From Methylotenera sp. (GTDB taxonomy: Bacteria > Pseudomonadota > Gammaproteobacteria > Burkholderiales > Methylophilaceae): DNA of 64,000 nucleotides. Where the stretch lies: assembly GCA_030682715.1 (NCBI GenBank), contig JAUXNQ010000066.1, forward strand, positions 14,587 to 78,586, in the 5' to 3' direction. The translations under genes and the position numbers were made by a program. Below the pieces are notes generated by a model. It did not search any database. It worked only from the letters and a program-made list of their open reading frames with translations, and was not told the origin of the DNA. Positions within the stretch are counted from its first letter, which is position 1. Every line of letters begins with the position of its first letter. Below are positions 43,111 through 52,824 of the stretch, piece by piece.

Positions 43111-45270
43111 TTAGAAGTCGTAACGAATCCCACCAAACACCTGACGACCACGGCCTAGGAACATACCATCAACACGATTAGATAGATATTCTTTATCAGC
43201 CAAATTATGACCACTCAAGAAATAACTAGCTTTCGAACCAACAGGTCTGAAATTTACAGATGCATTTAACAATGTATATGAAGGAATAATTCCATCTTGT
43301 CCATTAGCAGTCTCAACTCTTGAATTATCATTATCAGAATATTGCTGACTTACATAATCAATACCAAAACGCGCATCAATACCAATCGGATGTGAATAGC
43401 CAAAGTTTACTGACGCCAAATCACGTGGTGCATATGGCAAGCGATTACCACTTTCTATACCATCTGTTGCAGCATCTTTCTTGAATTTTGCCGTAAACAA
43501 ACTTGTATAGTTTGCTGTCAGATAAAAATTGTGTGGTGTATTGTAAATAGTGCCAAAATCCACACGTCCAGCCATCTCAATACCAGTATTCTGCGATTTA
43601 CCCGCATTTAAAAATTCACCATTAACAGGGCCAACCACCAAGTTGTCAAAATCAATATTAAATAATGTTGACTCAAAAGTTACGCCTTTAAAGTAACTTG
43701 TTCTAAAGCCCACTTCCGTATTTGTACTTTTTTCAGGTGCAGCGCCTAAAGCACGTGTTGGGTTTAAATCACGGTCTGGACGTGGCGGTGCAAAACCACG
43801 ATGAATACCTGCAAATACTGTTGTGTTAGCAATGCCATTCCATGCAACACCAAAACCAGGTAAGAGTGTAGTATCAGTGTCTGAATCTTTCAAACCAGAG
43901 CTTACAAAGTTAACCGTTTTCAATTTGTTCGTTTGCTTCAAACGCTCTACTCTTAACCCAGGGGTTAAAGAAAAATCACCTAAGAAGAAAGTGTTTTGAC
44001 CATAAAGCGCCATTGACTCAACTTGAATATCACTATCATCACGCAAAGCACTTCCTGGATCATTCTCGGTCGCTCTTGGCGTAGCACCATTGTAACGCTT
44101 ACGATTAATATCTTCTTCGTGGTAGCGGAAACCCACTACAGCATCACTGTTAAGACCAAATAGGTTGTGGCTAAAATCGAGGCGCGGCTCAACGCCCCAA
44201 TAAGCATATTCACGTGGACGCATTTTATTACCACAAAGATTTGCAAAGTTCTCATAATCACGCCTTGAAGCACCAGGGCAGGTTGCAATGTTATTTACAC
44301 CGTCAGGCGACCTTGTCATTTGGTCAAGCGACTCATCAGTTTGCCTATAAGAAGCGCGCTCTGAATTTACATAATAAGCTTGCGTAGTAAGTTTAGCCGT
44401 GTCATTAATAGCCCAATTATGCACTAATTGCAAACTCTTGCGCTCATGTTCAAATGTATCGTTTTTACCAAAAGGGTTTGCAGTAGGGTCAGCGTTGTAT
44501 CGAGCTGTATCCAATCCCGCCTCGGTATAGTGTGAATTCTCCTCATACCAACCAACTTTTGCCATCAAAGACTGTGTTTCTGTTAGATTCAACAAACCTT
44601 TTAGCGTCACATCATTCACTTCAAAATCGTGATCTTTACGAATGCCATCACCCTTTCTGTTCAAGGCGTCAACCATAACACCGCCACGCTCACCACCGTA
44701 ACCCAAGTTAAAATGAATACCTCTAAAATCATTATTACCAGCTGTCGCAGAAACGCTACCCGCAAAACCATCTTTAGGAATAGGCTTTGTCACAAAATTG
44801 ATCATGCCGCCTACTGTTTGTGGACCATAAAGTACTTGACCTGAGCCTTTAACAACCTCAATACGCTGTACACGCTCTAAAGGTGTAGCATAGTGCGCTG
44901 AAGGGTCACCATAAGGTGCTAAGAATAATGGCATACCATCTTCAAGCAAAAGCGTACGTGAAGTACGGCGTGGATTTAAACCACGAACACCAATATTTAA
45001 GTTTAGACTCTGCGCACCTTCACCAACAACGTTGATACCAGGCACATTATTCAATGCCTCTTGTATTGAAAATGGGCGACGGGCTTCTAATTCTTTCTCA
45101 TCAACGACGTTAAAAGAACCAGGCACTGATTCTAATTTCTCAGGCAAAATACCTGTGACTTCAACTTTGTCTAATTTGATTGATTCATCAGCATAAGAAA
45201 ATGTAGCTACCACTGAACATGCGAAAGCAACTGCAATCGCGCTTTTTTTTCGATTAAGATTTTTTATCAT
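43111..45270 (-). CDS. TonB-dependent receptor, FecA-like
   Basis: Start 45270 after GGAGAG; plug motifs NIGVRG..LLLEDGMP and RIEVVKGSGQVLYGPQTVGGMINF; C-terminal GIRYDF. Confidence 0.88.
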   Translation of the reverse strand: MIKNLNRKKSAIAVAFACSVVATFSYADESIKLDKVEVTGILPEKLESVPGSFNVVDEKELEARRPFSIQEALNNVPGINVVGEGAQSLNLNIGVRGLNPRRTSRTLLLEDGMPLFLAPYGDPSAHYATPLERVQRIEVVKGSGQVLYGPQTVGGMINFVTKPIPKDGFAGSVSATAGNNDFRGIHFNLGYGGERGGVMVDALNRKGDGIRKDHDFEVNDVTLKGLLNLTETQSLMAKVGWYEENSHYTEAGLDTARYNADPTANPFGKNDTFEHERKSLQLVHNWAINDTAKLTTQAYYVNSERASYRQTDESLDQMTRSPDGVNNIATCPGASRRDYENFANLCGNKMRPREYAYWGVEPRLDFSHNLFGLNSDAVVGFRYHEEDINRKRYNGATPRATENDPGSALRDDSDIQVESMALYGQNTFFLGDFSLTPGLRVERLKQTNKLKTVNFVSSGLKDSDTDTTLLPGFGVAWNGIANTTVFAGIHRGFAPPRPDRDLNPTRALGAAPEKSTNTEVGFRTSYFKGVTFESTLFNIDFDNLVVGPVNGEFLNAGKSQNTGIEMAGRVDFGTIYNTPHNFYLTANYTSLFTAKFKKDAATDGIESGNRLPYAPRDLASVNFGYSHPIGIDARFGIDYVSQQYSDNDNSRVETANGQDGIIPSYTLLNASVNFRPVGSKASYFLSGHNLADKEYLSNRVDGMFLGRGRQVFGGIRYDF

Positions 45271-45330
45271 TAAAATACTCTCCAATATCATAACAGGAAA
45301 AAGTTTAAAAAACTTTTAGCAAGCACTATA

Positions 45331-45346
45331 TGCAAAGCCTGTTCCA
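45331..45346 (-). promoter_or_regulatory. Sigma54 (-24/-12) promoter of the FecA-like receptor
   Basis: Minus strand TGGAAC-aggct-TTGCA (GG-N10-GC); predicted +1 near 45320, 50 nt before the ATG. Confidence 0.65.
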
Positions 45347-45739
45347 ACTTGGTGATGTCTTATAAAAAAGTATAAGAACATGATTTCAATCATAAAATTC
45401 CATAAATTTTAAACAATACAAGTTAGTTTTAAATGAACTACGGTTGATAACAACCACCACTTGAAGCATATCAACCAATCAGAATTATGCAGCCTAATCA
45501 ATAACGCGGGGTTAAAGCCGCATGATGTAATATCTGGCATTAATGAGGATACTTTTTTCTTGACACGGCCCACTTTTCTGTATTTCAATGCAATTGAAGC
45601 TTGTGCATCCTGCACTCTACTGTGATGACAAAAGCATGCGCTTTATGTGCTTTTACACCAATTTCAACGCTATTTAAAGCATCAAATGACAATCATAAGG
45701 TTCTGTCCGCTATCACAATGAAAATCAAGTATTAAACAT

Positions 45740-47833
45740 ATGAGACTACAGTTAATTATTTTTTATCTATCTTTCAATTGCATTATTGCGCATGCTGAAG
45801 AAAGGATTGAGTTGGATGCGATTACAGTCACTGGACAGCAAGATGATGTCTCAACGCGGCGCGATGCCGCTACTCAAAAAGTAATTATTGAACGCAAAGA
45901 GATTGAAAGTCTCGGCGTATCTACTATTGGTGAAGTGCTTAGCAGACTACCTGGGGTTGAAATAAAAGGTGATGTAAATCGTGCACGCGGTATGTCACGA
46001 GACTCGGTTCAAATTTTAATTGATGGGGAACGGCAAGTAGGTGGAGCAAGTGGTGTACTAAGTCGCTTACCTGCAGAGCAACTAGACCGTGTAGAAATTT
46101 TACGTGGGGCATCGGCTGAATTTGGTGGTGCATCTGCCTTAACAGTCAATTTAGTCACTAAAAAAGCTTCGCCTAAAAGGTCAACTGCTTTTAAATTTGG
46201 ACTTGGCAAGCGAGGAAATGAGCCTAATGCTGAGTTTTCATGGACAGAAAATGGAGGTACAGAAAACTTTGCATGGACTTTACCTTTTACATCTAATTTG
46301 CGTAACGCTCCAATCAATTCAAGCACAACTAGGCAATTCAGCTCTTCTGGTGTCAATTCATTTTGGCAAGAAGAGCAAGCTCGTGGGGTTTCAAAAGTAG
46401 GACATCACACATTCTCTCCTCGTTTCACTTGGAAAGATGGACTTGATAATTTAACAGTGTCACCAATGCTCTTTTATGGACCAACAAAAAGTAATAGCCA
46501 AACCAAAGTTACTCCAAATGTAGATCTAGTTGGTGGTGGTTTTGTAAATCTTGGCGAGCGAGATTTACGCGAATCGGGGACACAGCGCATGTGGCGTTTA
46601 CGAACAGAAGGCATGAAGTTTACAAAACATGGCAAACTATCTGGTCACATGGCATTTAATAACGGAAGAAATGATTTGGATACAACGCGTGATATTCGCG
46701 ACGCTACCAATGTGCTGACCAGATTTGAAGAAAGTACGCGTACAAACAGTAATGAGTTCAATACCGCCCTGCGTTTTGATCAGTCATTTCTTGATACGCA
46801 TTTACTTTCTTCAGGTGTGGAGTATGTAAAAGTAAAACGTGAAGACGCGCAATTTTTTAGTGGTGGTTTCGCCGCTACTGGTGATTTTCGTGCTTCTTCT
46901 AGAGATGGTATTTTATGGCTACAAGATGATTGGACACCCAAAGAAACACTCACACTTACCACGGGTTTGCGTTTAGAAAACATGCTCATCGCCGCAGATG
47001 ATGTATCGCAAAAGCGAACTGGCCTATTGCCATCTATTGCTGTACGTTGGCAACCAAATGAACAATGGGGGCTTCGCACCTCACTGGGTGCTGGTATGAA
47101 AATGCCAAAATTAGATGAAGTTAGCAATGCCACGATTCGAAGCCTAGGACCTAATACGCCAGTAGAGGCAGATAGACGCGGCAATCCTAATTTAACTCCT
47201 GAGCGTAATATCAATTTTGAAGCAGTCGTTGAGCATTATCTGCCACAAAATGCTGGCGTAATTGGTGCCAATATCTATGTACGCTCCACTAGTGATTTTA
47301 TAGAGCGTCGTGTACAACAAGAAGGCATTCGCTGGGTAGATAGACCTTTCAATGAGGGGGACGCTACACATTATGGCATTGAGCTCGATGCTAAAGTGCG
47401 TATGGATAGTTTTGGCTGGAAAGGCGCGACGTTAAAATCGCACCTGACGCTTCCCTATGGACGTGTGGATGATGAACGCTTAGGTACGAGGCGCATGGCT
47501 CGTGACATGCCACAATATATCCTTAACATGGGGTTAGAACAAAGTTTACCAAAATTGAAGTCTAGCTACGGCATTACGGCACAAATATCAGGACGAAGCG
47601 AAACTAACATCCCTAATGAACAAACTGGACTTAGTGAATCAATTACCATGGTGGACGCATACTGGCGGTATAAACTCTCACCCACCTATAATTTACGCTT
47701 TACTGCTCGCAACTTATTAAAGGCAGATACGCGTAAACAAAATAGATTTATACAGGGTATTAATGATTGGCAACTGGCCACTGATGACAACGTGATGCGA
47801 AGGTTCATGGTGTCATTAGAAGGTCAATGGTAA
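45740..47833 (+). CDS. TonB-dependent receptor (CirA/FepA-like plug family)
   Basis: Signal peptide, VLSRLPGV, ILIDGE, RVEILRGASAEFG, GNPNLTPE, C-terminal LEGQW. Confidence 0.85.
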   Translation: MRLQLIIFYLSFNCIIAHAEERIELDAITVTGQQDDVSTRRDAATQKVIIERKEIESLGVSTIGEVLSRLPGVEIKGDVNRARGMSRDSVQILIDGERQVGGASGVLSRLPAEQLDRVEILRGASAEFGGASALTVNLVTKKASPKRSTAFKFGLGKRGNEPNAEFSWTENGGTENFAWTLPFTSNLRNAPINSSTTRQFSSSGVNSFWQEEQARGVSKVGHHTFSPRFTWKDGLDNLTVSPMLFYGPTKSNSQTKVTPNVDLVGGGFVNLGERDLRESGTQRMWRLRTEGMKFTKHGKLSGHMAFNNGRNDLDTTRDIRDATNVLTRFEESTRTNSNEFNTALRFDQSFLDTHLLSSGVEYVKVKREDAQFFSGGFAATGDFRASSRDGILWLQDDWTPKETLTLTTGLRLENMLIAADDVSQKRTGLLPSIAVRWQPNEQWGLRTSLGAGMKMPKLDEVSNATIRSLGPNTPVEADRRGNPNLTPERNINFEAVVEHYLPQNAGVIGANIYVRSTSDFIERRVQQEGIRWVDRPFNEGDATHYGIELDAKVRMDSFGWKGATLKSHLTLPYGRVDDERLGTRRMARDMPQYILNMGLEQSLPKLKSSYGITAQISGRSETNIPNEQTGLSESITMVDAYWRYKLSPTYNLRFTARNLLKADTRKQNRFIQGINDWQLATDDNVMRRFMVSLEGQW

Positions 47834-47948
47834 CAAGGGTGACCAACAACCTACTCAAACACCTATCGTTAACTGGTGTTTATCAAGATTTTAAAAATAA
47901 CAATCGAGTCACATCACTCTTTAAATACCATGATGTTATTGATAAATT

Positions 47949-48025
47949 TGGTAGGCAGTAGCAGATTCGAACTGCTGACCTCTTGGATGTCGACCAAGCG
48001 CTCTAACCAACTGAGCTAACCGCCT
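47949..48025 (-). tRNA. tRNA-Val(GAC) with C33
   Basis: aggcggttagctcagttggttagagcg cttgg tcgacat ccaag aggtc agcag ttcgaat ctgct actgcct a cca; 77 nt. Confidence 0.93.
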
Positions 48026-48097
48026 ATATTGATATGTCCGAAGGCTTAAAAATAACACGAACGGTTTGTGTTTTTCAGCAATTTCAAACAGGGCATG

Positions 48098-48126
48098 ATT
48101 TTAGCCGATTGTGGCATCAGGCGCAA
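48098..48126 (-). promoter_or_regulatory. Sigma70 promoter of tRNA-Val
   Basis: TTGCGC-N17-TAAAAT followed by a GC-rich discriminator. Confidence 0.6.
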
Positions 48127-48184
48127 ACATAAATAGCAACAACTTCAAAACATGTTAAATAAACATTAAGAATGTACAAGCGTC

Positions 48185-49540
48185 TCAGTGCAATAATAAT
48201 TTTTGATACAGATTAGGACTTGCATAGCCATCTGCTGGTAATTGCTGCTGTAATTGATAAGCGCGCACGGCGGCCTGTGTTTGCAATCCGGGCAAGCCAT
48301 CTGCCTTACCCGCATCAAAACCTTGTTGATTTAGCCTGTTCTGTAAATCTTGCATTTGTTGATAGCTAAGCGCGCCACCTTCTGCAAAATCGCCACCCAA
48401 TATACTGGGTTCTTGATTTATTTGTTTCGCCAACTGTGCAACAGAAAGTGCATAATTAACTGACCGATTCCAGTCCATAATGATGTCAAAATTATCAAAC
48501 ACCATAAATGCGGGGCCCTGCCAACCTTGTGGGAGTATGATAGAAGCCTGCCTTTCGACATTGATGTTACTATGCAGTTTGGCTTTAGAAATGACTTGTG
48601 ACTGCGCTAGAGAAACCTCGCTTTGTGTAGTCTTTTGACTGCTTTCTGCTCGCGCGCTTTCAACGTCTGCGAACTTAGTAACATCAATACTTTTAGGCTC
48701 AACTAAATAAAACTCTACACCCAAATCAATCCAATCTTTAGGTGCTTTCCTGATGGCTAATTGTGCACTTTGCCAATCAAAGTCATTGGGTAACTTAACT
48801 TCTATCATCACAGGCTCATGCTTGCGCCATCCAATTTTAGCAAGATAGTGGGCAGCAGAAGCAAACGCATCAGGCAATGAGTTAACAACATCAATAGTGC
48901 CATCAGCGTCACCATCTACCGCGTAAAACATAAATGTCGATGGCATAAACTGCATATTTCCAAATGCACCAGCCCATGACCCTTTAAAGCGTTCAATATC
49001 AACATAGCCAAGATCAACCATCAACATCGCATCTAGCAACTGCGCTCTGAAAAAGTCAGAGCGGCGCCCCTCATATGCTAATGTGGCTAATGCAGACAAG
49101 ATATCGACGTTTCCTTTAACTTGACCATACTGAGTTTCCATTCCCCAGAACGCAATCAGTATTTGCTCAGGCACACCGTACTGCGCTTCTATCTGAGCCA
49201 ATAAATGTTGATGTTTGGCAAGTAAGGCTCGCCCTTTTTGAATTTTCTTATCATCTACCCGTTTTGTAAAATAATCTAAAAATGGGCTAATAAACTCTGG
49301 TTGCGCCCTGTCTTGCTTAATTACGTTCGGTAAAAACACAGTGCGATTGACAAAATTAATGGTGGTGTTATCCGAGATACCTAACGATTTAGCTTCGTAT
49401 CTTAGATTCTCAAGCCACACAGAAAAATCTTCTTTAGCCGCAAGATTGCTTGCGAAAAACATAGTAAAGATAACAAAGGCTAAATGTAGGGGTTGAAACT
49501 TATTCAATGTTGATTTCCTGCAATAAGGCATGATAGCCAA
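48185..49540 (-). CDS. Lytic murein transglycosylase (MltB/SltB type) with C-terminal PG-binding domain
   Basis: DRAQPEF, AFWGMETQYG, GSWAGAFGNMQFMPSTF, WNRSVNYA, ADGLPGLQTQAAVRAYQ. Confidence 0.88.
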   Translation of the reverse strand: MAIMPYCRKSTLNKFQPLHLAFVIFTMFFASNLAAKEDFSVWLENLRYEAKSLGISDNTTINFVNRTVFLPNVIKQDRAQPEFISPFLDYFTKRVDDKKIQKGRALLAKHQHLLAQIEAQYGVPEQILIAFWGMETQYGQVKGNVDILSALATLAYEGRRSDFFRAQLLDAMLMVDLGYVDIERFKGSWAGAFGNMQFMPSTFMFYAVDGDADGTIDVVNSLPDAFASAAHYLAKIGWRKHEPVMIEVKLPNDFDWQSAQLAIRKAPKDWIDLGVEFYLVEPKSIDVTKFADVESARAESSQKTTQSEVSLAQSQVISKAKLHSNINVERQASIILPQGWQGPAFMVFDNFDIIMDWNRSVNYALSVAQLAKQINQEPSILGGDFAEGGALSYQQMQDLQNRLNQQGFDAGKADGLPGLQTQAAVRAYQLQQQLPADGYASPNLYQKLLLH

Positions 49541-50345
49541 CCTGATAATCAGGATATTTCAGCACAAACCCTGTTGCCAGCATCGCTTGGTTGGTTAAGC
49601 GTTTACCGCCGCTTACTGGCATTGGCTCAGGTTGTTTTAATGCCAGTTGTGATGCAATCCAAGCAAGCACTTCATACTGACTCACAGGTTTAGCATCCGT
49701 TACGATATAACAAGGACTGATGGATTTTCCTGCTAATAATTTCTGGATTAGAAACACCACAAACGAAGCGGCATCGTCACGATGTATACGATTGCTCCAG
49801 CTATTGCTCTGAGGCCAACGCTCTGGTGCTTTTGCAAGGTTAATCATACGCAAGCGACCTGGACCATAAATGCCAGATAGTCGGAGCACAGTGTTACCAC
49901 ATGACAAATGATGTAATAAGGATTCAGCTTCTATCAGCCGCTCACCACCAAAATCAGTGGCTATTGGTGTCACAGACTCATCTAAGATATCGTTTGTTTC
50001 TTGCCCATAGACGCGTGTGCTTGACACAAAAAATACATGTTTTAATTGAGGATTATTAACCTGCGTCATTAATACATTACGCAAACCATCTACATAGGCT
50101 TGCTTATATTGAGCATCAGTTTGCCCGCTAGCTGAAACGCAATAAACAATCATATCAGGATGAATATCGCGTAATCGATCAAGTGATGCTGGCTCAGTGA
50201 TATCTGCCTGAATCATCTCAACGCTACTAGCTGCTTTTTGGCTTCTAGCAACACCATAAACATGCATATCTAAACGTTTCAATTGACCCGCTATAGCGCT
50301 ACCAAGATCACCATACCCTACAATTAACACTTTTAATTTAGGCAT
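49500..50345 (-). CDS. NAD-dependent epimerase/SDR (YeeZ-like)
   Basis: Start reassigned to 50345 (MPKLKVLIVGYGDLG); SSTRVYG, LRLSGIYGPGR, NRIHRDD. Confidence 0.82.
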   Translation of the reverse strand: MPKLKVLIVGYGDLGSAIAGQLKRLDMHVYGVARSQKAASSVEMIQADITEPASLDRLRDIHPDMIVYCVSASGQTDAQYKQAYVDGLRNVLMTQVNNPQLKHVFFVSSTRVYGQETNDILDESVTPIATDFGGERLIEAESLLHHLSCGNTVLRLSGIYGPGRLRMINLAKAPERWPQSNSWSNRIHRDDAASFVVFLIQKLLAGKSISPCYIVTDAKPVSQYEVLAWIASQLALKQPEPMPVSGGKRLTNQAMLATGFVLKYPDYQVGYHALLQEINIE

Positions 50346-50346
50346 G

Positions 50347-50889
50347 CTATCCATGTTGTTGTATATATTTTTCAGTGAGAAATAATGCCACGATAGTCTT
50401 GCTATCAGTAATTTCACCTTGCTGAACTAGCTTAATGGCATCTGATAGCGCGAGATCAAACACTTCCAAAGATTCATCGTCATCACGCTGACAAAGCCCT
50501 GCCGTCAAATCCCTTGCCAAATAAATATGAATTACTTCATTTGAGTACCCAATACATGGATGCTGTTCGCCCAGCCTCACCCAATCTTTAGCTTGATAGC
50601 CAGTTTCTTCTTGCAACTCTCTTTGACCAGTTTGAAGAGTACTTTCATTAGCATCTATCTTTCCAGCAGGTAGCTCAATAAAGACTTTATGCAAAGGATA
50701 TCTAAACTGACGTTCTAATACAACATTGCCATTGCTCAATAATGGAACCACCACCACTGCACCTGGATGCGTGACATATTCGCGTTGGCTCACATTGCCA
50801 TTAGGTAGACGAACTTGATCTCGCTTCACACAAAGAAAATCGCCCTTAGCTAAATCCTCGGTGCTAATAAGATGCTCAGTCAAATCCAT
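50347..50889 (-). CDS. nudF: Nudix hydrolase (ADP-ribose pyrophosphatase-like)
   Basis: HPGAV, RQFRYP, Nudix box GKIDANESTLQTGQRELQEETGY. Confidence 0.82.
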   Translation of the reverse strand: MDLTEHLISTEDLAKGDFLCVKRDQVRLPNGNVSQREYVTHPGAVVVVPLLSNGNVVLERQFRYPLHKVFIELPAGKIDANESTLQTGQRELQEETGYQAKDWVRLGEQHPCIGYSNEVIHIYLARDLTAGLCQRDDDESLEVFDLALSDAIKLVQQGEITDSKTIVALFLTEKYIQQHG

Positions 50890-50944
50890 CAGAAATCCTT
50901 TTTATTACGGGCACTAGAAAGTAGAGATGATGATCAAACTATAC

Positions 50945-50972
50945 AAGGTTTAATCACAAAGGTTTAATCACA
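50945..50972. repeat. Perfect 14-bp tandem duplication
   Basis: aaggtttaatcaca x2. Confidence 0.85.
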
Positions 50973-51070
50973 TTTGATAGAAAATAATAACAGAAGACAT
51001 ACCGCACGTAAGGGCTAACAATCAATATAAACAGACCAGACTAGCTGTAGCCTAGCCACTGTATTGAATA

Positions 51071-51373
51071 CTAGATTGTTTTCTTCCAGAGTACTTTATA
51101 GATAAAGCCAGGAAAAGCAAACACTAAGAATAAGAAACTTGTGACAGCGTAAAACTCCCAACCCTGTGGCGCAACCTGCCCAAAAGTTGCACGCTCTGCA
51201 TATACTGCTAAAGCCCCTACTAGGAAATACAGGATGACCAACTCAAGCAAGCACCAAGCTAAATTCTTGGTGCTATTGGCAGGCTTTAACGGAACAATAT
51301 AAAACAGCTTATCTGAAAACCAAGGCAGGTTTGCAGCTAAGAACATAATGCCGAGCAATACCCAATTTGTCAT
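51071..51373 (-). CDS. DUF2818-family membrane protein
   Basis: AANLPW, QGWEFYAV..LFLVFAFPGF; usual position after nuoN. Confidence 0.85.
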   Translation of the reverse strand: MTNWVLLGIMFLAANLPWFSDKLFYIVPLKPANSTKNLAWCLLELVILYFLVGALAVYAERATFGQVAPQGWEFYAVTSFLFLVFAFPGFIYKVLWKKTI

Positions 51374-52821
51374 TAACTTAAGCTTCTGCTAATGGCATAA
51401 AAGCATATGCTCATCAGACCTTGTGGCATCAAGCCAATTGCTAACAAAGCCAAAGCGTTAATGCTCAAAATTACACGCATATCAAATGGCGCAACAATCG
51501 GACTATTATCTTGTGGTTCATCAAAATACATCAACTTGATTACGCGTAGATAATAAAACGCGCCAATCACTGCCATCAATACGGCAAATACAACCACCCA
51601 CAAGAAGCCTGCTTGCAATGCAGCTTGCAACACTGCGAACTTAGCGTAGAAACCTAAGGTTGGTGGAACGCCAGCCATACTAAACATCACGATTAGCATT
51701 AAAAAGGCAATCCACGGGCTACGTTGGTTCAGGCCTTTTAAATCACTTAAGTTCTCTGCTTCAAAGCCCTTGCGTGATAACAAAATAATAATGCCGAAGC
51801 CTGCAAGCGTCATCACCACATAGCTAGCAATATAAAACAACGCTGAAACATAGCCGTTACCACTAGCACTCATCAAACCTAGCAACACAAAGCCAACATG
51901 AGAGATAGTTGAGTATGCCAACATCCGTTTAAGATTTGTTTGTGCAATTGCCGTCACGTTACCAAGCACAATCGACAGCACCGCCATAATTAACAACATT
52001 TGCTGCCAATCAACTGCCAATGTTGGTAAGGCTTGAGCCAGAAGACGAATCACAAAAGCAAACGCGGCTAGTTTAGGCACAGAGCTAATCAGCATCGTCA
52101 TGGCAGTTGGCGAGCCTTCATAGACATCAGGCACCCACATTTGGAATGGTACAGCACCTAATTTAAATGCTAGACCAGCTACGATAAACACCAAACCCAA
52201 TACCAAGACTGAATGTATTCTGGCACCACTCATTAACGCATGATTAATGTCAGAGATATTTAAGCTACCTGTCATACCGTAGATCATGCTCATACCGTAT
52301 AGCAACATGCCCGATGCTAAAGCACCTAACACAAAATATTTCATCGCTGCTTCTGTCGCACGATGATTATCGCGATCTAATGCAACTAAAGCGTAGAGGC
52401 TGAGAGACAGCAACTCCAAACCAATATACAGCGTCAACATACTTTGGCCTGACACCATAATCATCATGCCGACTACTGAGAACAAGACTAGTGCATAAAA
52501 CTCACCACGGAACATATTGCGTAGTTGAATATATTGCCTAGTGTAGACAAAGATTAATGACGTCCCTACATAAATCATCAGCTTTAAAACATCAGCCAAC
52601 GTGTCATCAACAAATGTACCCGTAAAAGCATAGCCTACACTTGGCACGTGTGTTGTCACCGTAAAATAGGCGGCTAAAAGCAAACCTAGTTGTGACAAAC
52701 CGTATATTGCAATCCGATTAGACTGTTTTAAAAACAGATCAGCAATTAATACAATCATTGCCATTCCTAAAAGGATAATTTCAGGTAAGGCGGTAATGAG
52801 GTCGTAACGTATATTTTCCAT
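51373..52821 (-). CDS. nuoN: NADH-quinone oxidoreductase subunit N
   Basis: EAAMKYFVLGA, FKLGAVPFQMWVPDVYEG, KRMLAYSTISH. Confidence 0.96.
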   Translation of the reverse strand: MENIRYDLITALPEIILLGMAMIVLIADLFLKQSNRIAIYGLSQLGLLLAAYFTVTTHVPSVGYAFTGTFVDDTLADVLKLMIYVGTSLIFVYTRQYIQLRNMFRGEFYALVLFSVVGMMIMVSGQSMLTLYIGLELLSLSLYALVALDRDNHRATEAAMKYFVLGALASGMLLYGMSMIYGMTGSLNISDINHALMSGARIHSVLVLGLVFIVAGLAFKLGAVPFQMWVPDVYEGSPTAMTMLISSVPKLAAFAFVIRLLAQALPTLAVDWQQMLLIMAVLSIVLGNVTAIAQTNLKRMLAYSTISHVGFVLLGLMSASGNGYVSALFYIASYVVMTLAGFGIIILLSRKGFEAENLSDLKGLNQRSPWIAFLMLIVMFSMAGVPPTLGFYAKFAVLQAALQAGFLWVVVFAVLMAVIGAFYYLRVIKLMYFDEPQDNSPIVAPFDMRVILSINALALLAIGLMPQGLMSICFYAISRSLS

Positions 52822-52824
52822 GAC

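Noticed and set aside
45409-45615. 68-aa ORF or a cobalamin riboswitch upstream of the FecA-like receptor
   Set aside because: No RBS, no CxxC/RAPP features, no B12-box motifs; it also lies upstream of the predicted sigma54 start site.
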